A stretch of DNA of 64,000 nt from a virus (taxonomy: Duplodnaviria > Caudoviricetes). The translations under genes and the position numbers were made by a program. Below the pieces are notes generated by a model. The model was not told the origin of the DNA, did not search any database, and saw nothing but the letters and a program-made list of their open reading frames with translations. Shown piece after piece: positions 10,513 to 20,243 of the stretch. The stretch lies in IMG/VR virus record IMGVR_UViG_2593339134_000001, one strand, 5' to 3'. How positions within the stretch are numbered: position 1 is the first letter of the stretch; every line of letters starts with the position of its first letter.

Positions 10513-10543
10513 ACCCGGAAACCAACCGCCATAGCTTCCGGCC

Positions 10544-10762
10544 ATGACCCCCGACGCCCTCCGCCAAGCCCTCGCCCAAAACGCCCGACACCGCGCCCAC
10601 GCCTCCGCCAGCCTGGCGAAGATCGACCGCGCCGGACGGGACCGCCTCGCCGCCATCAACCAGCGCTTGGATGTCCTGCGTCCCATCGCCCTGACCGACC
10701 CCGAAGCCGCCGACGAGTACCAAGCCCTGGTCTTCGAGCGTGGCCGCATCCTCGCGATGTAG
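10544..10762 (+). CDS. Small hypothetical late protein
   Basis: 72-aa helical ORF between two late motifs. Confidence 0.55.
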   Translation: MTPDALRQALAQNARHRAHASASLAKIDRAGRDRLAAINQRLDVLRPIALTDPEAADEYQALVFERGRILAM

Positions 10763-10773
10763 TGCCGCCGCCC

Positions 10774-10790
10774 GGTCGTGACGCCACCAT
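10774..10790 (+). promoter_or_regulatory. Putative late promoter, copy 5 (likely leaderless)
   Basis: GGTCGTGAC-gcc-AccaT-N6-ATG(10797). Confidence 0.75.
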
Positions 10791-10796
10791 GGGCTC

Positions 10797-11687
10797 ATGC
10801 CAACCGCTCAACAACTCCTATCCGCCTGCCCCGACTTCCTGAGCATCGACCTGATGCTCAAGGCCGAACTCGCGACCGAAGGCGGGAAGCGCTTCATCTA
10901 TATCGAGGCCAGCAACGAAGCCATGGATCAGCAAGGCGAAGTGGTCTTGCAAAAAGCCTTGCGCGATTCATCGGACTGGTATTCCCGGTTCGGCAACCTC
11001 GATATCGACCACTACACCTTGATCGGCGCTAAAGCCGGTATCCCCGATTACATGCTGTTCGAGATCGGCCAGCCCCGCGAGGTTTCGTTCCATGGTGTGA
11101 AAACCTTCGTCAAGGGCGAGATTTATTCCGGCCAGGGGCCGGCGGCGGAACGCGCCAATTATTTCTGGTCCAGCCTGACCGATATCAATCCCCCGGCCCG
11201 CTGGAAGCCCTCGGTCGGTGGCGCGGTACTGGAAAAATCCATCGCGGTGGACCCGGAAACCGGCATGAAGAAGGCGATGATCGGGAAAGTGCGCTGGACC
11301 AATATCGGGTTCTCCAAGAACCCCGTCAACCAGGATGTCCCCATGGTGTCCACGGTGCCCTTCGACACCCTGGCGAAAAGCTGGGTGCCGGGCCTGGGCT
11401 ACGACCTATCGAAGGCCCTGGATTCCACGGGCGCAACCACGAATACAGCCAGCCTGACCGGCGGCGCGGCCCTTGGGCGGCAGTCCTTGGACCGGAAGGC
11501 GCGCGGCTATTGGGACTTCCGGGACGCCTTCGCGGGCGACCTCGGCGAGGACCACCGCAGATTCAAGACCCACGCCGATATGGTGCGCCATGCGGCCCAC
11601 AAGTACGGCCTCGACGACGACCTGGCTTCCGAGTTCGTTGAGCGCTTCATGCACGACTGGAAGACAGCAAGAGAGAAACGGCAATGA
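10797..11687 (+). CDS. Prohead maturation protease (HK97/herpes fold)
   Basis: IEASNEAMDQQGEVV, IDH, PSVGG, FSKNPVN motifs; lies before scaffold and capsid. Confidence 0.8.
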   Translation: MPTAQQLLSACPDFLSIDLMLKAELATEGGKRFIYIEASNEAMDQQGEVVLQKALRDSSDWYSRFGNLDIDHYTLIGAKAGIPDYMLFEIGQPREVSFHGVKTFVKGEIYSGQGPAAERANYFWSSLTDINPPARWKPSVGGAVLEKSIAVDPETGMKKAMIGKVRWTNIGFSKNPVNQDVPMVSTVPFDTLAKSWVPGLGYDLSKALDSTGATTNTASLTGGAALGRQSLDRKARGYWDFRDAFAGDLGEDHRRFKTHADMVRHAAHKYGLDDDLASEFVERFMHDWKTAREKRQ

Positions 11688-12307
11688 ACTTCGATTTCAA
11701 CGCGATGATGGAAGAACTGGACCTGCTCAAGTCCCAGCGCGGCGACGGCGACGGCAAGATCAAGAAAGCCGCCGAAGAAGGCCACGAGGAACTGGATGGC
11801 GACGAGGACGGCAGCTACGGCGATGGCGGCGAGGACGACGGCTACATGGGCAAGTCCTTCGAGTTCGAGGTGGACGGCGAAAAGGTCCGCGGCTTCGACG
11901 CCACCGCGCTCGTCAAGTCCTTGCAGGACCGGCAGGCGGGCATCGCCGACGAAATGCAGAAAGGCTTCGGCCAGGTCGCGGCCCTGCTCCAGGCGCAGAC
12001 CGACCTCCTGAAGAGCCAGGGCGTGGAGATGGCGTCCCTCCGGGCGAAGGTCGCCGACCTGTCGGGCCAGGGCAAGGGGCGCAAGTCCGCCGTGGCCGTG
12101 CATGGGCGCGAGTCCCTGGACCCGCTCGCCAAGAGCCTGGGCGACGATGGCGGATGGACCGTCGATACCCTGTTGGCGAAGGCCGACGCGCTGTTCGAGG
12201 CGGGCAAGCTGGGCACCACGGAATATCGCCAACTGGATGTCTGCGTCCGCAATGGCATCCAGCCCGACGCCAAATTGCTCCGCAAGGTCGTGGCCACCCA
12301 GCTTTAA
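11684..12307 (+). CDS. Scaffolding protein
   Basis: Acidic/coiled-coil, between protease and capsid, dense [LM]xK[SAG] sites. Confidence 0.7.
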   Translation: MNFDFNAMMEELDLLKSQRGDGDGKIKKAAEEGHEELDGDEDGSYGDGGEDDGYMGKSFEFEVDGEKVRGFDATALVKSLQDRQAGIADEMQKGFGQVAALLQAQTDLLKSQGVEMASLRAKVADLSGQGKGRKSAVAVHGRESLDPLAKSLGDDGGWTVDTLLAKADALFEAGKLGTTEYRQLDVCVRNGIQPDAKLLRKVVATQL

Positions 12308-12340
12308 CCAGAACCGATCCCACAGAGAGGAACGACACTT

Positions 12341-13849
12341 ATGAATCCCACCATCATCGCCCAATTACAGGGCTTGGCCGCCGGTTCGCTCGGCGGTATG
12401 GGAGGGCACGGATCGGCTTCCGGTTCGCTGTCCGATTTCGGCGACCTGTTCAAGGCGCTGGACTCCACCTCGGCGCAATCGGATGTGGCGCAGTTGACCG
12501 GCGGCGCGGCCTTGGGTATCCAATCGCTCGACCGCATCATGAAGTCCACGGTGTTCGACCAGAAACATATCGTGTTCTTCAAGGATTTGATGGCCACCAA
12601 CGCCACCAACATCGTGGACGAATATACCCGCATGAATTCGGTGGGCGGGTTCCCCGGTGGTAGTTTCAACGCGCAAATGGGTACGGTCCGCTCGGCGACC
12701 GGCGACTACCAGCGCGAGGTCGGCATGGTGAAGTTCATCATGCAGCTCCGCCAGGTCGGGTTCGTGACCAACATCACGAACAACATCGCCGACGCCATGT
12801 CGGTCGAGGAAAACAACGGCGCCCTGTCCATCTTGCAGGACTTGGAATACGCCCTGTTCTACGGTCATTCCGCCGCCTGTCCGGTGCAGTTCGACGGCAT
12901 CTTCAAACAGATCGACGATAGCATCGCCAGCGGCTACATCTCCGGCGAGCATATCTACGACATGCAGGGCACCAGCCTGACCGATGTGGAGGCGTTCAAC
13001 GCCATCAACTCGGCCATCATCGGCTATGGCTCCTGGGGTACGCCCACCGACGTGTACCTGCCGTCCAGTGTCCAGGGCGACCTCAACAGTGGGTTGGACC
13101 CCTCCTACCGCTGGAACCCGGACAACCAGAACCAGCCGATGATCGGCGGCCATGTGCCGGGCATCCGCTTGACCCATGGCGTGTTGAAAACCCACATCGA
13201 CACGTTCCTGCATGACGCGAACATGCCGATGATCAAGCCGTTCGAGGTGACGTATTCGGCCTTCGCGAGCGCGTTGTCCACGATCACCCCGCAAGGCGTG
13301 GCCGCCGCCTGTGCATCCGATGCGTCCTCGCAGTTCACCGCTGGCCGCGCCGGTAATTATTACTACGCGGTCGAGGCCATCGACGCGCAGGGCCAGGGGT
13401 ATAGCCCGGTGGTGAAGACCACGCAAACCGCCATCTCCGCCGGGCAGAAATGCACGCTGACCATCACGGCCAGCAGCGCCGGGACCGAAACCGGCTACCG
13501 CGTTTTCCGGTCCCGCCAGGATGCGGCCAACACCACCGGCGACATGCGCCTCGTCGCCGTGGTTCCGAAGGCGGGTTCCACCACGACCTATGTGGACCTG
13601 AACCGCAATATTCCCGGCACCTTCTCCGCGCCCATCGTGGACTTGGAGCGGGCCTCCGATGCCATCGGTTGGCGGCAATTCCAGCCGATGATCAAGATTC
13701 CGCTGCCGTTCGGTATCGGGCTGATGCCGGTCTATTCCTGGTTCCAATTCTTGTTCGGCTATCTGCGGATCACCAATCCGAAGCGGCACGGGTATATCAA
13801 GAACATACTCCCGGCCAACGCGGCTTGGCGCCCGCACACGGACGAGTAA
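12341..13849 (+). CDS. Major capsid protein (SPO1/Twort-like)
   Basis: LFKAL...GGAALGIQSLD N-terminus, EYALFYG, QFDGI; GAGGA RBS; 502 aa. Confidence 0.85.
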   Translation: MNPTIIAQLQGLAAGSLGGMGGHGSASGSLSDFGDLFKALDSTSAQSDVAQLTGGAALGIQSLDRIMKSTVFDQKHIVFFKDLMATNATNIVDEYTRMNSVGGFPGGSFNAQMGTVRSATGDYQREVGMVKFIMQLRQVGFVTNITNNIADAMSVEENNGALSILQDLEYALFYGHSAACPVQFDGIFKQIDDSIASGYISGEHIYDMQGTSLTDVEAFNAINSAIIGYGSWGTPTDVYLPSSVQGDLNSGLDPSYRWNPDNQNQPMIGGHVPGIRLTHGVLKTHIDTFLHDANMPMIKPFEVTYSAFASALSTITPQGVAAACASDASSQFTAGRAGNYYYAVEAIDAQGQGYSPVVKTTQTAISAGQKCTLTITASSAGTETGYRVFRSRQDAANTTGDMRLVAVVPKAGSTTTYVDLNRNIPGTFSAPIVDLERASDAIGWRQFQPMIKIPLPFGIGLMPVYSWFQFLFGYLRITNPKRHGYIKNILPANAAWRPHTDE

Positions 13850-13876
13850 CCGGTTCTGGCCACCGTCGGACCTTGC

Positions 13877-13905
13877 GGGCGGGGCTTGCCCCCGCCCCCT
13901 CTTTA
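13877..13905 (+). terminator. Hairpin terminator after capsid gene
   Basis: GGGCGGGG-cttg-CCCCGCCC then CTCTTT. Confidence 0.5.
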
Positions 13906-13925
13906 ACCACCGGAAGGATCGCGCG

Positions 13926-14150
13926 ATGCCCTACGTGCTTTGTACCCGCCCGAACGCCTCGGGCAACATCAACGGATTCCCATTTGTCCCCCATCCGGGT
14001 GGCGGCATGGTCAGCGCCGACGATCTGCCGGAGGACGTGGTCGCCAATTTCCTGGCCATCCCAGGCTATTCGCGGGTGGCCCCGGCGGGTGGATCGGCCC
14101 CCGAGCCCGTGGCCGCCCCGTCGCCCCAGAAACCCGCCAAATCCAAGTAA
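13926..14150 (+). CDS. Small virion protein
   Basis: GGAAGGA RBS; directly after capsid. Confidence 0.55.
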   Translation: MPYVLCTRPNASGNINGFPFVPHPGGGMVSADDLPEDVVANFLAIPGYSRVAPAGGSAPEPVAAPSPQKPAKSK

Positions 14151-14161
14151 GGTAAGCCAGC

Positions 14162-14767
14162 ATGGGAAGCACCACCAAGCGGATTCCGCTCCTCATCCAG
14201 CAATTGAACCGCGCCATACTCGCCGCCCGCGACGTGCAACTCGGTACCCTGCTCAACGACATCATCACCCAGTTCAATGCGCTCCGGGCCGATGTGGCCG
14301 CGCTCCGCACGCGCATGAACACGGCTTCCCTGGCATCCGCCGGGCTGGCGATCAAGACATCCAGTTCCGCCGTGGTCAAGTACACCGGCACCATTTCCGC
14401 CATTGTCGCGGGCGTGCCGATCCGCAAGACCGCGGGCGACATGCCCGCCCTGGCCGGTACGCTGGCGACCGCCAAGAGCGCGGCCTGGGCGTTCTATATC
14501 GACGAGTCCGGCACGCTGTCGGTGTCCGCCAAGACCGCCGACAAGACCACCCACGATCTGGCGTTGGCCGCGTTGCCCGCCAATCCCGACAACAAGGCGC
14601 TGGTGGGCTTCGTGGTCATCGACAACGCCACCGGCTCCAATTTCGTGGGCGGCACCACGGCGCTGGACACCGCCAGCCTGACCGTGACCTATTACAACGC
14701 CATCGGCATGACGGCTTTCGTCGCCGTGCTGGCTTCGGCGGATTTGGCGGCATTGAACGAGCGTTGA
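14162..14767 (+). CDS. Putative head decoration protein
   Basis: Ala/Thr-rich ORF in head operon. Confidence 0.5.
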   Translation: MGSTTKRIPLLIQQLNRAILAARDVQLGTLLNDIITQFNALRADVAALRTRMNTASLASAGLAIKTSSSAVVKYTGTISAIVAGVPIRKTAGDMPALAGTLATAKSAAWAFYIDESGTLSVSAKTADKTTHDLALAALPANPDNKALVGFVVIDNATGSNFVGGTTALDTASLTVTYYNAIGMTAFVAVLASADLAALNER

Positions 14768-14786
14768 TCGCCGATCCCACCGGGCC

Positions 14787-15554
14787 ATGAGCATCTTCAC
14801 CAACCCCGACGACGTGGCCAGCCTCCTGGCGATGTCGGTGTTCAAGACGCACCCGGCCTTTTCGGGCGTGTTGCCCTCCGAAGATGAAGCGTGGGCCGCG
14901 CTGCTGGCCGCCGAGGCCGACGCGCAGCGCCGTCTGCGCGTGTTTCTGGAGCCCACGGTCATGGTGCCCTCGCAGGCGCCGCCGCCGGAAATCGACGCCT
15001 TGGAAAACGCCGGGACCAAGTACGCCTTGGAGGCCCCGAGCGAGTACGAGGCGGAAACCTTCTCCAACACGTTCTTCGGCTGCGTCGAAACCAAACAGCG
15101 GCCCATCGTCCGGGGCTCCATCACCTCGATCCGTTTCGTCTATCCCGGCCCCGGAACGGCGGTGTTCGAGGTGCCTGCCGAGTGGATCAGGCCGGAACTC
15201 AAGTACGGCTTGATCCACCTGATTCCCACGGGGCTGGCGTCCTACGGCCCCATGAACGCCTTCGTGCTGCAAGCCCTGACCGGGCGGAAGACCGTGCCCA
15301 TGATGATCGAGGTCCGCTACACGGCGGGCCTCACAGACGCGCACGGCCTCTGGCCGGACGTGGTGGACACCGTGAAGAAGATGGCGGTGCTAAGGCTGAT
15401 TGAGGGAGCCTTCCCGGCGCAATCGGCTTCGATCTCGGCGGATGGCCTGTCGCAATCGGCCTCGGTGGATACTTCGAAGTATTCGGACATGATCGACAAG
15501 AAAATCTCGACTTTGAAGGATGCCCTGTGGGGCGTCCGAGTGGGTGTTTTGTGA
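14787..15554 (+). CDS. Head-tail adaptor
   Basis: IEVRYTAG and SASISADGLSQS motifs. Confidence 0.65.
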   Translation: MSIFTNPDDVASLLAMSVFKTHPAFSGVLPSEDEAWAALLAAEADAQRRLRVFLEPTVMVPSQAPPPEIDALENAGTKYALEAPSEYEAETFSNTFFGCVETKQRPIVRGSITSIRFVYPGPGTAVFEVPAEWIRPELKYGLIHLIPTGLASYGPMNAFVLQALTGRKTVPMMIEVRYTAGLTDAHGLWPDVVDTVKKMAVLRLIEGAFPAQSASISADGLSQSASVDTSKYSDMIDKKISTLKDALWGVRVGVL

Positions 15555-15739
15555 TGTGCTGGTGTACCCCGGACCTCCGAACCCCATCCTGCGGCAAGCC
15601 AGGATGCCACCCACCGGGCAAGCCGCAAAACAAAAAGGCGGCGAAACCCATGGAAACCCCGCTCATCAAGCGCTTCGGGAATGATGAGGGGCTGGGTGTG
15701 TTGCATCAATCGCCGCTTCCCGAAGGTCGCATTCCATGA
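15554..15739 (+). CDS. Small Cys-containing hypothetical protein
   Basis: TGATG coupling; MCWCTP..RTP.CG..GCHPP; overlaps lysin start. Confidence 0.45.
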   Translation: MCWCTPDLRTPSCGKPGCHPPGKPQNKKAAKPMETPLIKRFGNDEGLGVLHQSPLPEGRIP

Positions 15740-16464
15740 ATATCTCTCCCGAACAACTCGCCGCCGCCTGCGGTTGCCGCCTATCGGCCGCCCGGCGCTG
15801 GCTCGGCCCCCTCGTCCAGGCCATGGCCCGCTATGGCATCGACACGCCCGCCCGGCAAGCCGACTTCCTGGCCCAGGTCGGGCACGAGTCCGGCTCGCTG
15901 GCCCACGTGGAGGAGATCGCCAGCGGCGCGGACTACGAGGGGCGCAAGGACTTGGGCAACACCCGGCCCGGCGACGGCAAGCGCTTCAAGGGACGCGGCC
16001 TGATCCAGATCACGGGCCGGGCCAATTACGCCGCCGCCGGATCGGCGCTGGGGATCGACCTGTTGGCGAATCCCGAGCGCCTGGAGGAACCCGAGTTCGC
16101 GGCCCTGTCCGCCGCGTGGTTCTGGCGCTCCAAGGGGTTGAACGAGCTGTCCGACCTGGGCGAGTTCGATCAGATCACGCGCCGGATCAACGGCGGCACG
16201 AACGGCGCGGCGGACCGCCGGGAACGGCGCAAGCGGGCGCGGGCGGCGCTCGGGCTGGATCCGTCCCCGGCGTTGCGGCGCGGGGATTCCGGCCCGGAGG
16301 TGCTGGCCCTGCAAAAGGCGCTGGCGGCACGGGGCGTGCGGGTCGGCGCGGATGGGGTTTTCGGCCCCGCCACCGAGTCGGCGTTGCGGGGGTTCCAGGC
16401 ATCGCACGGGCTGGTGGCGGATGGTATCGCCGGGCCGCAGACCATGCGGGCCTTGGGGCTATGA
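15736..16464 (+). CDS. Endolysin: glycoside hydrolase 19 plus C-terminal peptidoglycan-binding domain
   Basis: FLAQVGHES, GRGLIQITGRANY, ITRRINGG; LRRGDSG..V..LQ..L...DG.FGP.T...FQ..GL.ADGIAGP. Confidence 0.92.
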   Translation: MNISPEQLAAACGCRLSAARRWLGPLVQAMARYGIDTPARQADFLAQVGHESGSLAHVEEIASGADYEGRKDLGNTRPGDGKRFKGRGLIQITGRANYAAAGSALGIDLLANPERLEEPEFAALSAAWFWRSKGLNELSDLGEFDQITRRINGGTNGAADRRERRKRARAALGLDPSPALRRGDSGPEVLALQKALAARGVRVGADGVFGPATESALRGFQASHGLVADGIAGPQTMRALGL

Positions 16465-16492
16465 TTTTTTGTTCAACGAACGGAGATCGACC

Positions 16493-16693
16493 ATGAAAAG
16501 CGCTACTTCATTCTTACAGAACGCGGTCGCTTTCCTTTGGGAACGCCTGAAAGAACCCAGCACTTGGGCCGGGCTGGCCGCCGCGTGCGCGGCGATTCCT
16601 GGATTGCAGACGGGGGCGCTCATTTGCGGAGCCGTGGCGGCGGGCCTGAAGGAAAAGAGCGTTGCCGACCAGGGGGCTGCCCATCCAGCTTAG
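16493..16693 (+). CDS. Putative holin
   Basis: GGAG RBS; WERLKEPSTWAGL plus hydrophobic helices, next to lysin. Confidence 0.6.
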   Translation: MKSATSFLQNAVAFLWERLKEPSTWAGLAAACAAIPGLQTGALICGAVAAGLKEKSVADQGAAHPA

Positions 16694-16696
16694 GCC

Positions 16697-17326
16697 ATGC
16701 TCCTCAATCCACTCCAATTCAACGCTTTCCTCGCCCATTTGGGCCAGAACTTCGGCTGGCAGAAATCCTACGCCTGCCCCTGCCTGAATCCCAATAGCGG
16801 CGCGGCCCTGCCGACCTGTCCGCTGTGCGGCGGCAAGGGGCATGCCTGGGATGATCCGGTCGAGGGCGTGGCGGGCATCTCCGGCCAACAACTCCAACTC
16901 CGGTGGGCCAAGATGGACCTCTACGAACCGGGCGACGTGGTGCTGACCCTGCCGTCCGATTCGCCGATCTATGACATGGGCCAGTTCGACCGGGTGGCGA
17001 TGCTGGATTCGTCCGCGCCGTTCTCGGACAAGTTCATCCGGGGGCGGGACGATGTGCTGCGCTACCCGAATGTCAGCATCGAACGGGTGTTCTGGCTGGT
17101 GGACGGGGAAGTGGTCGAGGGCGGTATCCCGGATGTGGGCGACGATGGCGTGCTGACGTGGCTGTCCGGCGGCGAACCCCCGGCGGGCATGGTCTACAGC
17201 ATCACCGGGCGGCGCAGGCCGGAATATTTCTGCTGGGGACCGCTGCCGCAGGACCGGGCGCATCATGGGGGGCGGGATTTGCCGAGGAAGGTCGTGCTGC
17301 GGGCTTTCGATTTGTTCGGGCGGTGA
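16697..17326 (+). CDS. Neck/head-closure protein
   Basis: WQKSYACPC...CPLCGGKG as in SPO1/Twort-type neck proteins. Confidence 0.6.
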   Translation: MLLNPLQFNAFLAHLGQNFGWQKSYACPCLNPNSGAALPTCPLCGGKGHAWDDPVEGVAGISGQQLQLRWAKMDLYEPGDVVLTLPSDSPIYDMGQFDRVAMLDSSAPFSDKFIRGRDDVLRYPNVSIERVFWLVDGEVVEGGIPDVGDDGVLTWLSGGEPPAGMVYSITGRRRPEYFCWGPLPQDRAHHGGRDLPRKVVLRAFDLFGR

Positions 17327-17330
17327 CGCG

Positions 17331-18173
17331 ATGCCAACCTACGCTATCCGGGTGGACCTGTCCGCCCTAATCGAAGCCATCCCCTGCGTCATCGACGAAA
17401 GCGTGCTGCCGCGCCTGGCCCTAGCCGTCCGTAAATTTGCCGAGCAAGCTGAACTGGACTGGAAAGAGGATGTTCTGCGAGCCCACGGCGTCTGGATCGA
17501 CCATAAGAAGCAGTATGCCGCCTCCATCCAAACCCGCCAACTCGGGCCATTCTCCTACGAGGTGTTCAGCGACCTCAAACTGGCCGAGGCAATCGAAACC
17601 GGACGCCCGGCCTACGACCTCAAGCGGATGCTGGATTCGTCGCTCAAGGTCCGCCGGACCAAGGACGGGCGGCGCTACCTCATCATCCCGTTCCGCCACA
17701 ACACGCCGGGTAACGACGCCCTGGCCCGCCCGATGCCCCAGGACATCTACAAAATCGTGGGGAAGAAGGGTTTTGGGAAGTCGCTTATCACGGGCGTCGG
17801 CTGGCGCAATTCCGGCACGGGGGCGTTATCCACCCAAACGCGGCGCGGCCACAACCAAACCAAGGGCGAAGCGGTGCGCGTGGCGACCCGGAAATATGTG
17901 TGGGGCGACCGCCTGCCCGCCGGATTGGCCGGAAAACTCAAGCCGCATCATGCCACGGACATCTACGCCGGCATGGTCCGCATGAACACCAGCAGCGGCA
18001 AGCAAAAGTCCTCGAAGTACCTGACGTTCCGCGTGATGCGGGAGGGCGTTCCGAAGTGGATCATCCCGGCCCGGCCCGGCCTCAACATCGCCCAGGGCGT
18101 GGCGGATCGGCTGCGGCCCTTGGCGGAGGAGGCGTTCAGGGAGGCGGTGGTTCGGTCGGTGGAGGAGGCGTAA
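17331..18173 (+). CDS. Neck/tail-completion protein
   Basis: ATG 17331; YLIIPFRH, YLTFRV, WIIP motifs. Confidence 0.6.
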   Translation: MPTYAIRVDLSALIEAIPCVIDESVLPRLALAVRKFAEQAELDWKEDVLRAHGVWIDHKKQYAASIQTRQLGPFSYEVFSDLKLAEAIETGRPAYDLKRMLDSSLKVRRTKDGRRYLIIPFRHNTPGNDALARPMPQDIYKIVGKKGFGKSLITGVGWRNSGTGALSTQTRRGHNQTKGEAVRVATRKYVWGDRLPAGLAGKLKPHHATDIYAGMVRMNTSSGKQKSSKYLTFRVMREGVPKWIIPARPGLNIAQGVADRLRPLAEEAFREAVVRSVEEA

Positions 18174-18205
18174 AGCGTGGCCGCGTCCTTGCGGCTGGCG
18201 GCGGA

Positions 18206-18631
18206 TCAAGCCACATGCAGTTCCAGCCGCTTGCCCACGGCGGAAAAAGCCTTAGCCAAGGTGTCGATCTTGGTGGCGTGGTGCAAATCCATGATCCGGG
18301 TCATTTCCTGAGGCTTGACGCCAATCGCCCTTGCCAAATCGGCTGGACGGATTTGCTTTTCGATCATTTCGTTAAGCAACATTACCTTGGCGCTCATGGA
18401 AAGCGGTAGTTCGACCCATTCCTCACCCGCTTCCGCCGGGCTGGGTTCGGGAACGCGGCGGCTGTCCTCGATATAGAAATCCATCGCCGAGATGAGTACA
18501 TCCAAAGCCATTCCACGCGCCTCTTCCAGGGTAAGCCCTTGGGTGACGGCTTCGGGAATATCCCGGAAGCTTACAAAATAAATCCCTTTCTCGTCGGGTT
18601 CAAAATGTGCCGGAAATTTAAGCATGGTCAT
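18206..18631 (-). CDS. hicB: HicB antitoxin with C-terminal HTH
   Basis: VSFRDIPEAVTQGLTLEEA; HTH ending HATKIDTL. Confidence 0.9.
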   Translation of the reverse strand: MTMLKFPAHFEPDEKGIYFVSFRDIPEAVTQGLTLEEARGMALDVLISAMDFYIEDSRRVPEPSPAEAGEEWVELPLSMSAKVMLLNEMIEKQIRPADLARAIGVKPQEMTRIMDLHHATKIDTLAKAFSAVGKRLELHVA

Positions 18632-18729
18632 TATATCCTGGTGTTTTTAAGTCGTATCTCTAAATGCCGGTTATGGTGCCCGGCGGCCTTTGCAAGTAAC
18701 TCCTCCCCCCTGACGGAGGGAGCATTTGT

Positions 18730-18903
18730 TTAAATACCTAGCTGGCTTAGAATCGCTTTTCGTAGTTTTTCGTTCAGTTCCTGGCTGGGGTGTCTCGGTA
18801 GAAAGGAGACTTGCCCTTTATAGGTTAGTTTCCAGTGGTTGGTGGCGTTTGTCACCACCACACCTTTCGACTCAAGCCACCGTTTGAACTCGCTTACTTT
18901 CAC
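18730..18903 (-). CDS. hicA: HicA toxin (57 aa, not in ORF track)
   Basis: GTG start; MKVSEFKRWLESKGV...NHWKL...LPRHPSQEL...AILSQLGI. Confidence 0.88.
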   Translation of the reverse strand: MKVSEFKRWLESKGVVVTNATNHWKLTYKGQVSFLPRHPSQELNEKLRKAILSQLGI

Positions 18904-19014
18904 ATTACCCCCTTCGTTATTATGTTGGAATAAATTATAAACTAAAAAGTTTATAGCGTGAATGGCTTTGTTTAAAGCTGGGCGGGTGGGATTTTAAGCG
19001 GGGATTGGGGGGTT

Positions 19015-19653
19015 GGGGCCGCGTCCTTGCGGCGGGGGTTCCTCAGTGGAGCGGGAGGGATTCCTGGCGCGGGATGCGCGCCGCCAGTTGGTGGAAGGCC
19101 TTGTCGCGGATGGCGAGCGCGGCGCTGCCTTCGCCCAGCTTGGGTTCGGCCACGGCGGCCATGGCTTGCAGGATGGCGGCGGGCAGCTCCCGCCGTGTCT
19201 CGTGGACCGGGACGTGCAGGGTTTGCAGCAGGGCCAATTCCAGGTTGAGGCAGGTCCACCACAGGCGGTAGGCCTGTCCGTGGAAGGCTTCCAGCAGGTT
19301 CAGCAATTCGTCGAGGCGGTCGGCGGGGATGTCGCGGACGTTGCCGACGCCGAACTTGGCCCGGAGGTGGGTGTGGATGCGGGGGCTGATCTGCTGGTTG
19401 GAGCGGTTGAGGTAGCGCCCCAGGCTGCGGGTGTATTCGCCCACCACCCATTGCGCGATCTCGCCCAGGGGCGCGGGGGCGGGCTGGGCCGCTTCGGGGT
19501 GGACATAGCGCCCGGTCTTGCGGATGGCCGGGAGGACTTCCGCAGTCACCCACTTCTTGAACTTCTTGGCCTCGGGCTTGCGACTGGTGAGGATCAGGGA
19601 GTAGAGGCCGGATTCGTTGATGAGGGTCATTTCCTGGGGGCCGCCAGGGGTGT
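19015..19653 (-). repeat. 639-bp near-identical inverted repeat, copy A
   Basis: Reverse complement of 29079-29717; one mismatch noticed by eye. Confidence 0.92.
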
Positions 19654-19843
19654 GCATAGTATGCACTCCCTTTTCGTCATCATCTAAACGGCGCAGGTTG
19701 CTGGCTGGGTGGGCGAATTCGAGGACGGCGCAGACATCGTTTGCGACGAACCAAGGTTCGCCCTCAATGACAAAAACGCGGATTTCGGTAGTGGTGTAGG
19801 GAAAAACGGTGGGTGCGGACGCACCTTGGGCGTGGTTGCTCAT
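19043..19843 (-). CDS. BRO-N antirepressor, copy A
   Basis: GEPWFVANDVC, INESGLYSLILTSRKPEAKKFKKWVTAEVLPAIRKTG. Confidence 0.9.
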   Translation of the reverse strand: MSNHAQGASAPTVFPYTTTEIRVFVIEGEPWFVANDVCAVLEFAHPASNLRRLDDDEKGVHTMHTPGGPQEMTLINESGLYSLILTSRKPEAKKFKKWVTAEVLPAIRKTGRYVHPEAAQPAPAPLGEIAQWVVGEYTRSLGRYLNRSNQQISPRIHTHLRAKFGVGNVRDIPADRLDELLNLLEAFHGQAYRLWWTCLNLELALLQTLHVPVHETRRELPAAILQAMAAVAEPKLGEGSAALAIRDKAFHQLAARIPRQESLPLH

Positions 19844-19899
19844 GACAAGCTCCGATTGATTGCTACTTGGAGCCGCCGCGTCTCGCTGCTAAACGAGAT

Positions 19900-19980
19900 G
19901 GCGACGGGATGCACTGGGTTAGCAGACCGGCTCAATCGGACACCGGCAGACCTCGCGATCTCCCAGCGCATCCCGCCATA
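19900..19980 (-). ncRNA. C4-type antisense RNA
   Basis: Stem GGCGGGATGC/GCATCCCGTC with loops CCGATTGA and CTGCTAAC complementary to duplicated targets TCAATCGG and GTTTAGCAG on either side, upstream of an antirepressor. Confidence 0.8.
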
Positions 19981-20090
19981 GAATGGGACCATAGGCACAA
20001 AAAAAGCGCCCATGGCAAAGAAGGCGCTTGCGCACCGATTGAAATCTCAGGCTGCTAAACCCGGCCAGCGAAATTTACCGTGGCTGGGGT

Positions 20091-20120
20091 AGCGTAAGCG
20101 GATTTTTGGATTGGTGTCAA
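20091..20120 (-). promoter_or_regulatory. Sigma70 promoter of the c4-ant unit
   Basis: TTGACA-N18-TACGCT on minus strand. Confidence 0.65.
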
Positions 20121-20243
20121 TGTGAATATTTACGTTGACGGGGAGGTGGGGGTGTTGCAGCCTTTTAACTGACACATTCGTATAGCACTCCAAATCCGGG
20201 TGTTAGACGGCTAGCTAGCTATTATAGTAAGGCGCATTGGAAT

